From assembly GCA_013115145.1 (NCBI GenBank), contig JAAPAO010000328.1:1-38896 (forward strand): 38,896 nucleotides of DNA, written 5' to 3'. The notes under the pieces are model-generated. The model ran no database searches and was not told where the DNA came from. It saw nothing but the letters and a program-made list of their open reading frames with translations. Position numbers and translations under genes: made by a program. This document shows, one piece after another, positions 9,079 through 20,485 of the stretch (its first letter is position 1; each line of letters starts with the position of its first letter). Source of the DNA: Perkinsus chesapeaki ATCC PRA-425 (Eukaryota; Protista; Perkinsozoa).

Positions 9079-11082
9079 ATGTTGATGACTGCTCTCTCTC
9101 AACGATGATTTCCTCTATTTGTGCAGCAACCGTTGTTCATACTGTGTGTGTTGATGATGATATTTCTCTTTGTTTACGTTGCTGGTACTGTTACAAACAG
9201 TATTGTATTTACTCTAAGACCAGCAGCACTGTCGAAATTGTTCATCATTATTATCAACACTCAATAACAATTGCTGTTAAACTGATTACAATCATTACTC
9301 CTTCGAGGCTTCATTGTGATTTGCTACTACTAGCTTTATTAACAACAAGTCTCTGCTGCGAGTTGGTGAATTTACCGACTCGCATTTTCTTCCAAACGAT
9401 TATAGGTTATATCGTTTGTTTTACTCCGTTATGTCGAACTTATATGTTGCTTCTTGAGGTTGTCATTGCCTCACTAGTAGTAGTTACTATTTATGTGGTT
9501 CTATGGTATGATATTGACCTGTTCTTCCTTCACTGGCGATTTATGCTCCCCCCTTTGGTATACTGGAAGGTCGTCCTTTATACTTAAGAGATTCCTACTA
9601 GTCACTATCACTATATATATTGATAGTTTAGTCTCCGGCATCGGTGACCGCTCTGAGTGTCTCAGCAGCATTGTGATGATGTCGATGAGGTTGTTGCTCG
9701 CTGTAATTTATAATCGCTCTCTTTCCCACTACACAGTGTCTCACTCGGGTAAGCTGAGCGCGCGGCTATTATGGTATCAACCTTATCACATCGTAAGAAC
9801 AGCATTATAATGGTTTTAATGACCGTTAGTTCCTGTGAGCAATGTTGTATTCATCTCTCTACTATAATGGTCATTAGATGCGTTTGCGTGAAGTTACCGC
9901 CTCGCGGTGACCAAACGCCCCTTACTGTCTCTGTCGGTATACTTTTCTTCTATGGACTTGCCTTTTATCCTTCTACGATGTGCTGGAAAGGTGCTTCGTC
10001 GTCGATATCCTCAATCATCCAGGAGCCATTTTATGGTCTTCATCATGCTCTACCACGTAGTTAATCTCCTTGTCGCCTCTTATTATACAATGGAAGGCTA
10101 GTATTGCCTCTCGGTGGCCTCATCCACGTGTTGTCGTCTCCACTGCTTAGCTTGGTTATACATATCACTGCTGCTGTTCCATGTCCCTTGTCTGTGATGG
10201 GTATTGCCCTGGTGCTGCTGTCACTGCGCGGTTCCCTAGATGTAGGGGCATTCAGTAGTATACTATTCACTCCTTCCTTATTAACTCTTCATTATGATGG
10301 CTCTCTTCTTACTGCTAGTCTTTCTCAGTTTAATACAAGAGATGGCCGGTTGTCGATGCCCGCATTGTTCTTCAACAGTGGCCTGGTGTCTGGTCAGTGT
10401 CTTGCGTATGAGTTTTTGAGACAGCAGTGTTTTACAGAGTGTGTTGTAATGTTGAGTCCTCCACGAAGTTGTTGATTGCTCTGTAATTGTGCCTGTCTTA
10501 CAATGTCGTTTTACATGATCTATCAGTTATAGTGGAAGCCTCTGTGGTCAGTTCTCGTGTTGCTTGTCCTGCATTCCTTCGCAGAGGCAAGTGACATGGG
10601 TAAAGCATCGCAATAACCACGTCCCTGTTCGGTCTTGGTCGCGGCACTGTCCTCTATCACTGACTGTACTGTGATGAGTTATTACGGCTTTCTGATGGGT
10701 ACATTTCAGTTTTCAATCGCATCATCGTTTATTTACTGCTAGGTCGCCGTACTTGCGCCATTAAGCAAGGTTTGGCGTCCTTGTATAGCTTGAACGTTTC
10801 CTCTATATTTACCATTACGTAAGGCTTTCGTTTGAGGGGTATCTTCTCGACCGGTGGCGTCTAATGTGTGTTATTGTTAGGGTGCTTTATAACGCCACTT
10901 GGTGCGTTTGTTCAATTGCGTAGTGACTCTTAATTCATAAGATCACTTTCGCTGTTTATACTAATAAAACGTCGTCATCATCTACAAGAGTTATTAATTC
11001 CGGCGTCGCTACTCCTATTACTGGTGTTTTTGCTGCTAACAACACACTAACATCACCGTCGTCATATTTATCTGTTGATTCA

Positions 11083-12561
11083 ATGAGCTCTAATAGTACT
11101 GAAGGTTCTATACACGACGACCTGCATATCGTTGAAAACACCACAGCTGGTCCTCTCAACGATGATGCAGCAAGTCGCGTCAAGTCCGCGTCAGTGAGAG
11201 CTGATAGTGAAAGCGACAATGCCTCTATCGCTACTGCCGCTGGTCTTCCTGCTGACGAAGATATTGCTGAGGAGAATGAGAGTCCACAAAAGAAGATGGC
11301 CCCTAAGAAGGATACCTGGGCCAGTAGGACTTTTGCTCCTGGTTCTCCATTCACGGCAACCATCGCTGTTATCAAGGCAACTTTGGGTGGTGCTATCTTG
11401 TCTAATACTTATGAAATGGCAATTGGTGGTTATGTATCTGCTGTTGTATTATTGATGGTTTTCGCCGTCTTGAATGTCCTTTCTTTGGATATGATTGTTA
11501 AAACTGTCGAGAAGACCGGTAAGACATCGTATGCCACTATCATTGAGTATCTTTATGGTCGTAAAGTGCTTTATGGCTTCCAGATTGCAATGGTTATTTT
11601 CTGTTTGGGTAGCAGTGCCTCTTATTTGGTTACTGTTGTCGATTCATTGGCACCATTATTCAATCAGCTAACTATTGATGAGCCTCATGCTTGGTATCAC
11701 ATCATGCTCACTTCTAGGTATTACTTGTCACTTATCATGTTGGGTGTTATCATGTACCCCATTTGCCTGGTTAAGAGTCTCGGCTCTTTGAGATATCTTA
11801 CCATTGTGAGTATCATGGGTATCTTCTGGCTTGCTATTGTTGCACTTTATCTCCTCGGTACTAACGGTATGGCCCCGGATTTCAAGTACGGTCAAGCTTA
11901 TGCCCCAATAAACTGGATAAGCTGCCTAGAGGGTATCAACACGTACATTTTCGGTTATTGCAATCAAGCAAACATGCCGGAGATCTACATGGAGATGAAT
12001 CCTAGGAGCCCCCAGAAGCTTCGTTGGGTTGCTATCTGGTCTGCTATTGTCAGTACTGGCGTCTACTTCTTGATTGCTATCCCATTCCTTCTGGTATTCG
12101 GTCCTGATTCTAAGAGTAGCGTCTTGCTGAATATGGCCGACTGGATTCCTCAAGGTGATGTTGTTGTCATCATTGGTTTCATATGGATGGCTATATCGTT
12201 CATTGGCACTTACCCTTTCATGGTCTACCCAGTGCGTGTTGCCATGATCAACACGTTTCAACCGAAGCGTGCTGACTTCTGGGGTGTCGTGGTTGTCACT
12301 ATAGCTGTCATCATATCTTATCTCATCGATATTGCTTTGCCCGATGTGTCCATTCTTATGGGTATTGTTGGTGCCATTTCTGGCTCCATTCTGTGCTTCA
12401 TTGCACCTGGTGCGTTCTGCGTATCGATATCGAAGAGTAAGAAGTTCTTTGACAAGGAGAACTGGCTCTATTCGGGATTCGTTATCTGGGGCTGCATTAC
12501 TCTGCTCGGTGGTACCGCTATTTCAGTATATGAAATCATTGAATACGCCAAGGGTTCTTAA
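11083..12561 (+). CDS. Amino acid transporter, AAAP/SLC38 family, paralog 2, intronless (492 aa)
   Basis: Same motifs as paralog 1; long stretches are nucleotide-identical to it. Confidence 0.9.
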   Translation: MSSNSTEGSIHDDLHIVENTTAGPLNDDAASRVKSASVRADSESDNASIATAAGLPADEDIAEENESPQKKMAPKKDTWASRTFAPGSPFTATIAVIKATLGGAILSNTYEMAIGGYVSAVVLLMVFAVLNVLSLDMIVKTVEKTGKTSYATIIEYLYGRKVLYGFQIAMVIFCLGSSASYLVTVVDSLAPLFNQLTIDEPHAWYHIMLTSRYYLSLIMLGVIMYPICLVKSLGSLRYLTIVSIMGIFWLAIVALYLLGTNGMAPDFKYGQAYAPINWISCLEGINTYIFGYCNQANMPEIYMEMNPRSPQKLRWVAIWSAIVSTGVYFLIAIPFLLVFGPDSKSSVLLNMADWIPQGDVVVIIGFIWMAISFIGTYPFMVYPVRVAMINTFQPKRADFWGVVVVTIAVIISYLIDIALPDVSILMGIVGAISGSILCFIAPGAFCVSISKSKKFFDKENWLYSGFVIWGCITLLGGTAISVYEIIEYAKGS

Positions 12562-14681
12562 GATGCACTCATAACCTAAATCGAGTACGTCTTGTGATTC
12601 CCTCTCCGATCGGTGATGGTGATATTGTTGTTTAGATTGGTTATTTCTGAGTAGTAGCATTCTTCTAGCGTTTCTTGCCTACTTTCGATTATTATCCTAC
12701 GTTGTCGTCGTCGTGATGCACTCCGCTGCTGTTGTTACTGATGTTCCTTATAGTGTCGCTTTGGTTCATTATCAACCACTAGGCTTCCTTCTAGGTTGCC
12801 GCCGCCACTGTCACTATATCTTTCTTTAGTATGCAGATTTATACTTAAGTAGTGATTATACTAGTAGTAGAAAACAACAACTCTGTTATTGCAATTGATG
12901 GTAAATGATGATTTGGCAGGGAGTATGGTGATCCTACTCCTAGACGCAGTCAAGCATAGGTAATCCACTTGACCGACATCGCCGTTACATCTACCGTAAT
13001 CATCATCTTCACCATCATCATTATTGCATCCTTAGTATCCTCTGCAGCCTTATCACATTCGTAAACGGTCCTTGTAAGGGTAAACCATCTCTTCTCTGCT
13101 ACTACCACTGGTTGAGTAGTGTTGATGATAATGACGATGGTTCCTATCTACTGCTTCCTTATTACTGCCCTCCTCCGTAGCCTTATAGCTCTCTTCATTT
13201 ACTGCTGTTACTGTTACTTTCGATTGCGTACACAGTAGCAACCGCCGCCTCGTTCTAGTCTGTATGCCTAAAAGCTATTTTATACTTTCCCCTTGGTTAT
13301 TATTATTAATACACAGATATGATAATACTGATGCTAGTCTAAGTTGTTGGCTTAGAGGAAACGCCTATATAATATGCTATTAGGACTACTATCCACTGCC
13401 CTTATATGTTCTACACGCTACAGCTCTAATAGAGACTATTCCTACAATTCATTTCTCGGTGCCTTCCTTGAAGACGATTATTGAACAGCGAGCACGCCTT
13501 GTTGCTCTAAAATCGACAATTGGCACCACCACCACCTTCTTCTGTTTCTATGGTGCTACTGTTGGTTATCTAAGTATGATGATCAGCATTAATTAGTAGA
13601 AGTAATCATCTTGACACCATGTGAGTTATGGTCAGTCATCTACATCATCAACAGTTGAACAGCAGCAGCAGCAGCAGCTGTGAGACGAAGAAGTCTTTAA
13701 GAATAGGAGGAGATCAGTCGCTGCTACTACCCTTTCTGCCTCCTATTGTACCCCTTCGATGATGCTCTCGGGATTTCTCCGGAAAAATGACGTGGATGTG
13801 ATCTTTTCGTGCTCGATAAAAGACTGGTCATCATAACTTACCATTTATATTTCCTTCCCTTACTGATTTGGACCGTTGTTATTGCTGCTTTTGTCGTAAT
13901 GCTACTGCTAGTTAATCACTACTACATAATAATACTACTACTTCCCCTCTATAACCTGGTCGCAATACTTCTGCTATTGTCAGTATCGGTGTCCCCCCCG
14001 TTGTATTGTTGTCTATTCTTAGCCTTAAGATAATCGACTAGGCAGTGCTGTTGTCACTGCCATTCACTTGTCGGTTCTCTAATGCTACATAAACTACAAC
14101 AGTATTCCGGTAGTATTGTCTCCATTGTGCGATGGTAGTAGCAGCAGCAGCCGCAACATTTGTTGTTGTTACTTCTGCTATCACCACTATGGTTCTCCTG
14201 GTGTGTTTTCGGTCTTGTTGTGTATCGGTTGTTCTGGAGGAGATAGATGCAATTGGTATCATAACTGCCAACTTCATACTAGCGTTCGAGACGTACTTCT
14301 CATCGCTGCGGAATAATGATAAAGTGGCGGTGTCTTAACATTGATCAGGCAGATATCTTTTATATCAGTAATTTATCAGAGTTGCCGCCATTGGCTTCTC
14401 CCTAGCTCTTGTCGCGCTGACATTTACTTAATGTACGAGTAGGAACAACGCTTGTTCTTCCTTCCACCTTCTATTACTAGCAATGAAAGTTTAGCCGGCA
14501 ACTGCTTGATATAAAATATATCTGTGTGTATCATCAGCGTTTTGGTTCCGCCACTTGTGATCAATTCCCACAGTTGCAGAATGCTGCTATGGTGTTGTAT
14601 ATCTTAATGTGGTGTACTATGCCCATTTCCTTACCAATCCTTACCAATAGCGACTTGTGTTTTTTCATTTGGTGTTAATGC

Positions 14682-16160
14682 ATGCTGCCCTTTCAGTTCT
14701 CGTTCCCTGACTCTTCACTTGGTCTACCATCTCGAATGAGTACTAGCGTTTCCACTGCTGACCCCTTCAGTGACTCGTCGGCAACTGATGATCACATGTT
14801 TCGGCGGCAAGTCCAACAGTCTTCCACTAGCTCTTTCACCATTTCTGATGACAGCAGCGCCTCACAGGGCAAGATCACCGGTGATGATAATAAAATGATG
14901 TCATGGAAAGACATTGCTACATGCCATCTCATTTCTCCCGGTTCACCTTTTACTGCTGCTATCGCCGTGGTAAAGGCCACGTTGGGTGCTGCTCCTTTCG
15001 CTGTTGCATATGCTATGGCCACTGGTGGTTTTGTGGCCGGTATAGTTCTACTCGTAGCTATGTCTGTTCTTAACGTCCTTTCTTTGGAGTATATCGTAAA
15101 TGTTGTAGAGAAGACCGGTAAGACATCATATGTTGATATTGTCGATCACTTGATGGGCCGTAAAGTTGGTTATATCTTCCAGTTTGCTGTTATAGCATTC
15201 AGTCTTGGTAGCTGTGCCACATACTTGGTCACAATGTTTGATATTCTATCACCGGTGTTCGGCCAACTTCTTATTGGTCAGGAAAATACCTGGTATGGCA
15301 AGATGCTAACTGAGAGAGTCTATCTTTCATTGGTCCTTGCCGTTTTTGTTCTTTACCCGATATCCCTTGTTAAGAATATTAGCTCTTTACGCTACCTTAC
15401 ACTCTGCGGTAGTATTGGTGTATGTTACTTGGCGGTTGTAGCAATTTATCTTCTTATATGCTATGGTCCATCAGATTCCTTTGATGTCGGCCGTGCAGCT
15501 GGTCCTGTGAATTGGATCCTTCTCCTTCAGGCTGTGAATACATTCATTTTCGCTTCATGCAACCAAGCTAACATACCCGAGATCTACGCGGAAATGCATC
15601 CTCGTAGTCTTGGCCGCATGCGTTGGGTGGCCGTGGTATCAGCGGTTATTTCTCTTGCCGCTTATATATCAATTGGTGTCATCTACTTTATCGTATTCGG
15701 CTACGATACCAAAAGTAACATCATTCTCAACCTTAGTGCTTGGATCCCAGAGGGCAACGCTGTGGTCATCGCTGGCTTCATCCTTTCTGGTGTTGCCTTC
15801 ATTGTCTCTTATCCTTTGAACGTTCATCCAATCAAGGTTACAATTTTGAACGCTGCAAAGCCTAAGAGACCCGAGCTCTGGGGCATTGTTATTGTTACTT
15901 CTGTTGTGGCAATATCCTATATTGTAGCAGTAGTACTTCCTGATGTTTCTGTTATTCTTGGTCTAGTCGGTGCAATTGCTGGTTCAATTCTCAGCTTCAT
16001 TGCTCCAGGCGCCTTTGCTTTAGCAGTATCAGAGAAAAGATTCAAGTTCTTCTGCTGGGAGAACATACGCCCCTCTGCGTTGTTCTTCTTCGGTTGCTTG
16101 ACGCTTGTTATGGGTACCTGTATATCCTTCTACCAGATTATTGAGTATTATAGCAACTAG
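14682..16160 (+). CDS. Amino acid transporter, AAAP/SLC38 family, paralog 3, intronless (true start may be ATG 14736)
   Basis: KATLGAAPFA, KNISSLRYL, FASCNQAN, GLVGAIAGSILSFIAPG; a TTTCAG acceptor-like site at ~14691-14696 favours the second ATG. Confidence 0.9.
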   Translation: MLPFQFSFPDSSLGLPSRMSTSVSTADPFSDSSATDDHMFRRQVQQSSTSSFTISDDSSASQGKITGDDNKMMSWKDIATCHLISPGSPFTAAIAVVKATLGAAPFAVAYAMATGGFVAGIVLLVAMSVLNVLSLEYIVNVVEKTGKTSYVDIVDHLMGRKVGYIFQFAVIAFSLGSCATYLVTMFDILSPVFGQLLIGQENTWYGKMLTERVYLSLVLAVFVLYPISLVKNISSLRYLTLCGSIGVCYLAVVAIYLLICYGPSDSFDVGRAAGPVNWILLLQAVNTFIFASCNQANIPEIYAEMHPRSLGRMRWVAVVSAVISLAAYISIGVIYFIVFGYDTKSNIILNLSAWIPEGNAVVIAGFILSGVAFIVSYPLNVHPIKVTILNAAKPKRPELWGIVIVTSVVAISYIVAVVLPDVSVILGLVGAIAGSILSFIAPGAFALAVSEKRFKFFCWENIRPSALFFFGCLTLVMGTCISFYQIIEYYSN

Positions 16161-16680
16161 CTTTATGAAACCTAAAGTAATCGAACGTTAGATTGAATAC
16201 AACAGTTTATCGTCATAACGTCATAGTTGGTTAAAATGACTGGTTGTTATAAGTTTCATTCATGATGACAATTTTACCGGAGACCTAAATGTCGTATATG
16301 ATAACTAACACTTAAGCTCATATCGCTTACTATGTTACTTAGAGTCGGAATTGTGTCATCGTATTCTGAGAATTTGCTAGTTGAGTTCACCAAGTTACCA
16401 AGGAACCAGCAACCATATAGGAAAAAACAACTGAACTGACACTAAACAAGAACAGCCTTGTCCGAAAGAGCTAGGAAAACCGCGACGCAGCTTGCTAGCT
16501 GTATCTAGCGAGACAACGCAATGAACTCGGCCACGCTAGTGGTACACAAAACTCACTGAGCGACCGTATATTAACTCGTTCAGAATATGGAGGCAGGATT
16601 TGCAACTAACGTACCACTTTTTTAGCTTTTTCGGGGTTCGACTCCCCTCATTTACCAACATCCAGTGAATCGCAGTAGGA

Positions 16681-18093
16681 ATGGCAGCATCATCGACGAT
16701 TGATTTCGAAAGTATTAACGAGAAAGCTGCAAATAGTGATTTCGTGGTCTCGAGAACTTGCACACCATCTTCAGTGATTGGAGTTCATGAGGTCGAAGTC
16801 TACGAATTCGAGAAGCCAGCGGTAGATGAAGCCCGAGACAGTGCACCTCGGAAATCCAGAGGGCTTCTGTCGCCTGGCTCTGCCGTAACTGCTACGATTG
16901 CTGTTATAAAGGCTACTTTGGGAGCAGCAGCTCTATCGTCTACATATGCGATGGTCAGTGGTGGGTTTATCTTTGGCATTTCCTTATTGGTTGTGATGTG
17001 TGTGCTTATGGTATTCTCCCTAGAGATGATAGTTACATCCATGGAGATCACCGGCAAGACATCATATGCAGAACTAGTACCTCATCTGTTTGGGAATGCC
17101 ATCGGTTATTGGTTTCAAGCGCCAGTTCTGGTATTCTGCATTGGTGCCGGAAGCAGCTATTTGATAACCGTAACGGACATCCTGATCTCTCTCTTTGACG
17201 CAGTTGTGGAGTCCGACACTTGGTATGGTACTTTACTGACACGACGCATTTATCTCTCGCTTCTGGTGTTAGTTTTAATTCTCTACCCGATTTGCCTAGT
17301 AAAGAAAATGAGCTCACTGAGGTATCTAACACTCGTGTCTATTTTCGGCATATTTTATTTGGGGTTTGTGGGTATCTTCCTTCTCGCCTCGGAGGGCGTA
17401 TCTTCTGATTTCACTGATGGAACTGTTACCTTTTATGCTCCCACCGGTTGGGTCTCGTGCCTGGGAGCGGCGAATACGTTCATTTTCGCCTTTTGCAATC
17501 AGTGTAACATTCCGGATATTTATATGGAGATGAGTGATAGAAGCCCGAAAAAGTTCCGTTTAGTGGCGGCGTGGGCCTCATCAGCATGTCTGTTTATTTA
17601 CTTGTTGATATGTATCTGTTTTATGCTTGTTTTTGGCAGCGAAGTAGAGAGTAGTATTATACTGAATATGAGTAAATTCATACCAGAAGGTAACGCAGTT
17701 GTTATTATCGGTTTGATGCTCTCTGCTGTGGCTTATATCGGTACGTATCCTTTCACAGTGTATCCGGTTAGAGTTGCTGTCGTTAACACTATTAAACCGC
17801 AACGACCCGAATTGGTCGGCATTATTACTGTCACTGTTGTTGTTATACTGACCTACGTCATTGCAGCTAGTCTGCCTGATATTTCTATTCTTCTAGGAGT
17901 TGTTGGTGCAATCTCGGGTTCGATTCTGTGCTTTCTTGCTCCTGGTGCTTTCAATATCGCAACCTCCAAAAGCAAAAGGTTATTTACTCGGGGGAACTTC
18001 TTCTATACTTGCACTTTCTTTTTTGGCTGCTTTACACTTGTAATTGGAACGTCTGTAGCAATCTATCAAGTAGTGGATTACTACTTACCTTGA
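16681..18093 (+). CDS. Amino acid transporter, AAAP/SLC38 family, paralog 4, intronless (470 aa)
   Basis: KATLGAAALS, KKMSSLRYL, FAFCNQCN, GVVGAISGSILCFLAPG. Confidence 0.9.
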   Translation: MAASSTIDFESINEKAANSDFVVSRTCTPSSVIGVHEVEVYEFEKPAVDEARDSAPRKSRGLLSPGSAVTATIAVIKATLGAAALSSTYAMVSGGFIFGISLLVVMCVLMVFSLEMIVTSMEITGKTSYAELVPHLFGNAIGYWFQAPVLVFCIGAGSSYLITVTDILISLFDAVVESDTWYGTLLTRRIYLSLLVLVLILYPICLVKKMSSLRYLTLVSIFGIFYLGFVGIFLLASEGVSSDFTDGTVTFYAPTGWVSCLGAANTFIFAFCNQCNIPDIYMEMSDRSPKKFRLVAAWASSACLFIYLLICICFMLVFGSEVESSIILNMSKFIPEGNAVVIIGLMLSAVAYIGTYPFTVYPVRVAVVNTIKPQRPELVGIITVTVVVILTYVIAASLPDISILLGVVGAISGSILCFLAPGAFNIATSKSKRLFTRGNFFYTCTFFFGCFTLVIGTSVAIYQVVDYYLP

Positions 18094-18299
18094 ATATAAA
18101 TGTACTTCTAAATGTCGCCAGTGGGCGCCTTTTCTTTCCCCTTTTATTTGACGACTTCACCGATTGGTTAGTATCATCGGCGTCGACGCCTGATTAGTTG
18201 TTCAGCGAATGGCAGTGAGTCGATTCGTTTTGCCGTCAATTTGCCATTGACATCTCCCAACGAACGTGGCGCGGCCTTCGTTCGCGAGAATCTCGGACA

Positions 18300-19802
18300 T
18301 AGGTCGGTCCCTTCTAATTTAGCGTCGAGTTTATTTTTTGAGAGAGTTTATTTCATGTTATGTTGTCAATGGAGAAAGGTGCCGCTAATCAATTTCGGCC
18401 GGAATAGAGGTGGCTGCATATCGCAGTGAGACCGAATTTGAATCACCCAAAGCAGACACGGCAAAGCAATTTGCACACGACAGTAAAAGGTCCGTATTCT
18501 GGTTGCACGCAACGGCATTGGTTTTAGGGACGGGGGGCTCGTTCTGCGCAACGGCGACTCAAACTTACGAAATGTCGACGTCTCAACTTCTCGCGATTAC
18601 TGTAGCACATCCTGTTTTCGCCATATGTGTTCTGGGAAGGCAAAACGATCGATGCTCCAGCTTAGAGTTCCCGGGAAAGCATGAATGCGTTCATCGATCC
18701 TCTCTAATCCTCTCCATATTCTCAGGGATGACCTGTCACTCTCAGGCATCACTTTTCACTCACGCCCACAAGTGGCCTGTTTTCACTAAATCACGGCCGC
18801 TCTGCTGGTGCAACCGTTTAGTATACGTGCGCGACAGTCGCGAGGACACCCTTTCCATCCGCGGAGACCAGCTAGTAGCCCGTGAATGAAATGTGCTGAG
18901 TAAATAGCCGGTAGTGGCGGCTCCTTGACCTCACGTAGAACCCAATGTCGTCGTTTGAGCCTCTCGCTGTTGCTGCGAAACGCATGAGGTAAGCTTCCAC
19001 CAAAGTAAGAGCGTTGTGGTTATCCTTTGGAGGAGGAGTTGGCTTGGCTTCCCGACCCGTCTGTATTCGTCCCCAGCCTGAGGGTCGAGCTGAACAATAT
19101 AGCGTGCTTACGCTTGCCATTTCAGGAGAAACTCTAAGGCGAAATTCAAACAAAGGAGCTTCCTTCCTACCGAAACGTAGTACTTGCAGGCTAAAGTCAC
19201 GTTTTACTCGAATCCGCGGACGGAACTTCATGAGTTCTTCCGAGCGTCATTCATTCATGAATTGAGCTTCGAACCTTGGGAGTAATGCTTGACAGAGTCT
19301 AACGAGAAGAAAAGAACAGCAGCGTGACTCACGTATATTCAGAAGCTTTCTGCTCAGTGTTAAAGCATAATCCTACAGGGTGCCGCAAAGATGGTCCCAC
19401 TCCCTAAATTTTTGTACTTAGATGCTCTCCAAGTCAGGTTTCATATTCTTCTATGTAAACGATTTTCTCTTCAACCATACATAACTCGTATCTCATTACC
19501 AATTAAAAGTAAAGACCCCGTATCGATGATTCCGGATGGTATTTCTTCCTTCATAAGCTCCCATGCTCTACGAAATAACAAGGGGGAGCCTTCTTTGGAT
19601 CACCCTGTCCCCATTGTAAGGGAACTTGTCTACCGAGGCTTGCTAGTCGATTCACTCAAAAGCACTTACGTGCTCTCCCATGGTGTCTGGGAAGCATTGT
19701 CAGCGCACTATCTTATGTAGTAGTTGAAAGGAGGAAGGGATCAACCGGGGTCCGCATTGGACTGACCGCCTGTTTGGCACCGCCACCGCAGGGAGCATTC
19801 AT
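18300..19802 (-). CDS. Hypothetical multi-exon gene (boundaries approximate)
   Basis: Repeated minus-strand GTAAG/GTGAG donors and YAG acceptors bracket short open frames (DYALTLSRKLLNI; YYVSVGRKLLCLNFALEFLLKWQ; AHFIHGLLAGLRGWKG). No family recognised. Confidence 0.35.
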
Positions 19803-20052
19803 CTCCGCAGCGTGAGTGACATGTTAATAAGAAACCACGTTTCCACAACGGCAGCGACTCCAAGTTCGTAAAAGCGTTCAGACGCCTTATTAAGTTTCAA
19901 CTACATGATTTATGGAGCGTCTCGAGGCCGCTGCCGCTGGTAAACTCGTGAGAAAAATGTAGAGTGTTTTGCGAGTCCATTCTATGGCTACAATGGATTA
20001 GTTGCTGATCTTTGCTGTGAGCTGGCATGCTGTGCGGCTTTGCACGAGGAAC

Positions 20053-20106
20053 GCTAACCATTGCTAACCATTGCTAACCATTGCTAACCATTGCTAACCA
20101 TTGCTA
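20053..20106. repeat. 10-bp tandem repeat (GCTAACCATT)x5.4
   Basis: Five perfect copies plus GCTA in intergenic DNA. Confidence 0.95.
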
Positions 20107-20485
20107 CAGAGATTTTGTCCCCCAGCGGCATCACACATGACACATACGGATTGTCAGTTCGTTTTAACCTGTGAACTTGTCTACCGCGTCGATAAATGCA
20201 CGGATCCGTGGCGCCATTTCTACGCATGCGTGTGCCTCGACGACGGGATCTCGTCTATCACACGGTGAGCGTCTGAATATGTCGAGTTGGTGCCTCTAAA
20301 GCCTGCGAGGCAGGCTAGATCCACGGTAGGGTTCTAGTCTTCATGCGAAGCGCCCATGAACTGCTTGTTCAACGATAGTAAATCGGGCATGGCTCACAAT
20401 GAGACCTAAACATGGGCCTTTTACTTGTTTGTGATTGTATCTCACACTACTGCTTTTCAGCTTCATTCTCACGGGTACAGCTTTC

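Noticed and set aside
13175-19991. Partial SL-like 8-mers CCGTAGCC (~13175, +) and GTAGCCAT (~19984-19991, -)
   Set aside because: 8-mers are expected about once by chance in both strands of this window, and the flanks match the SL poorly.
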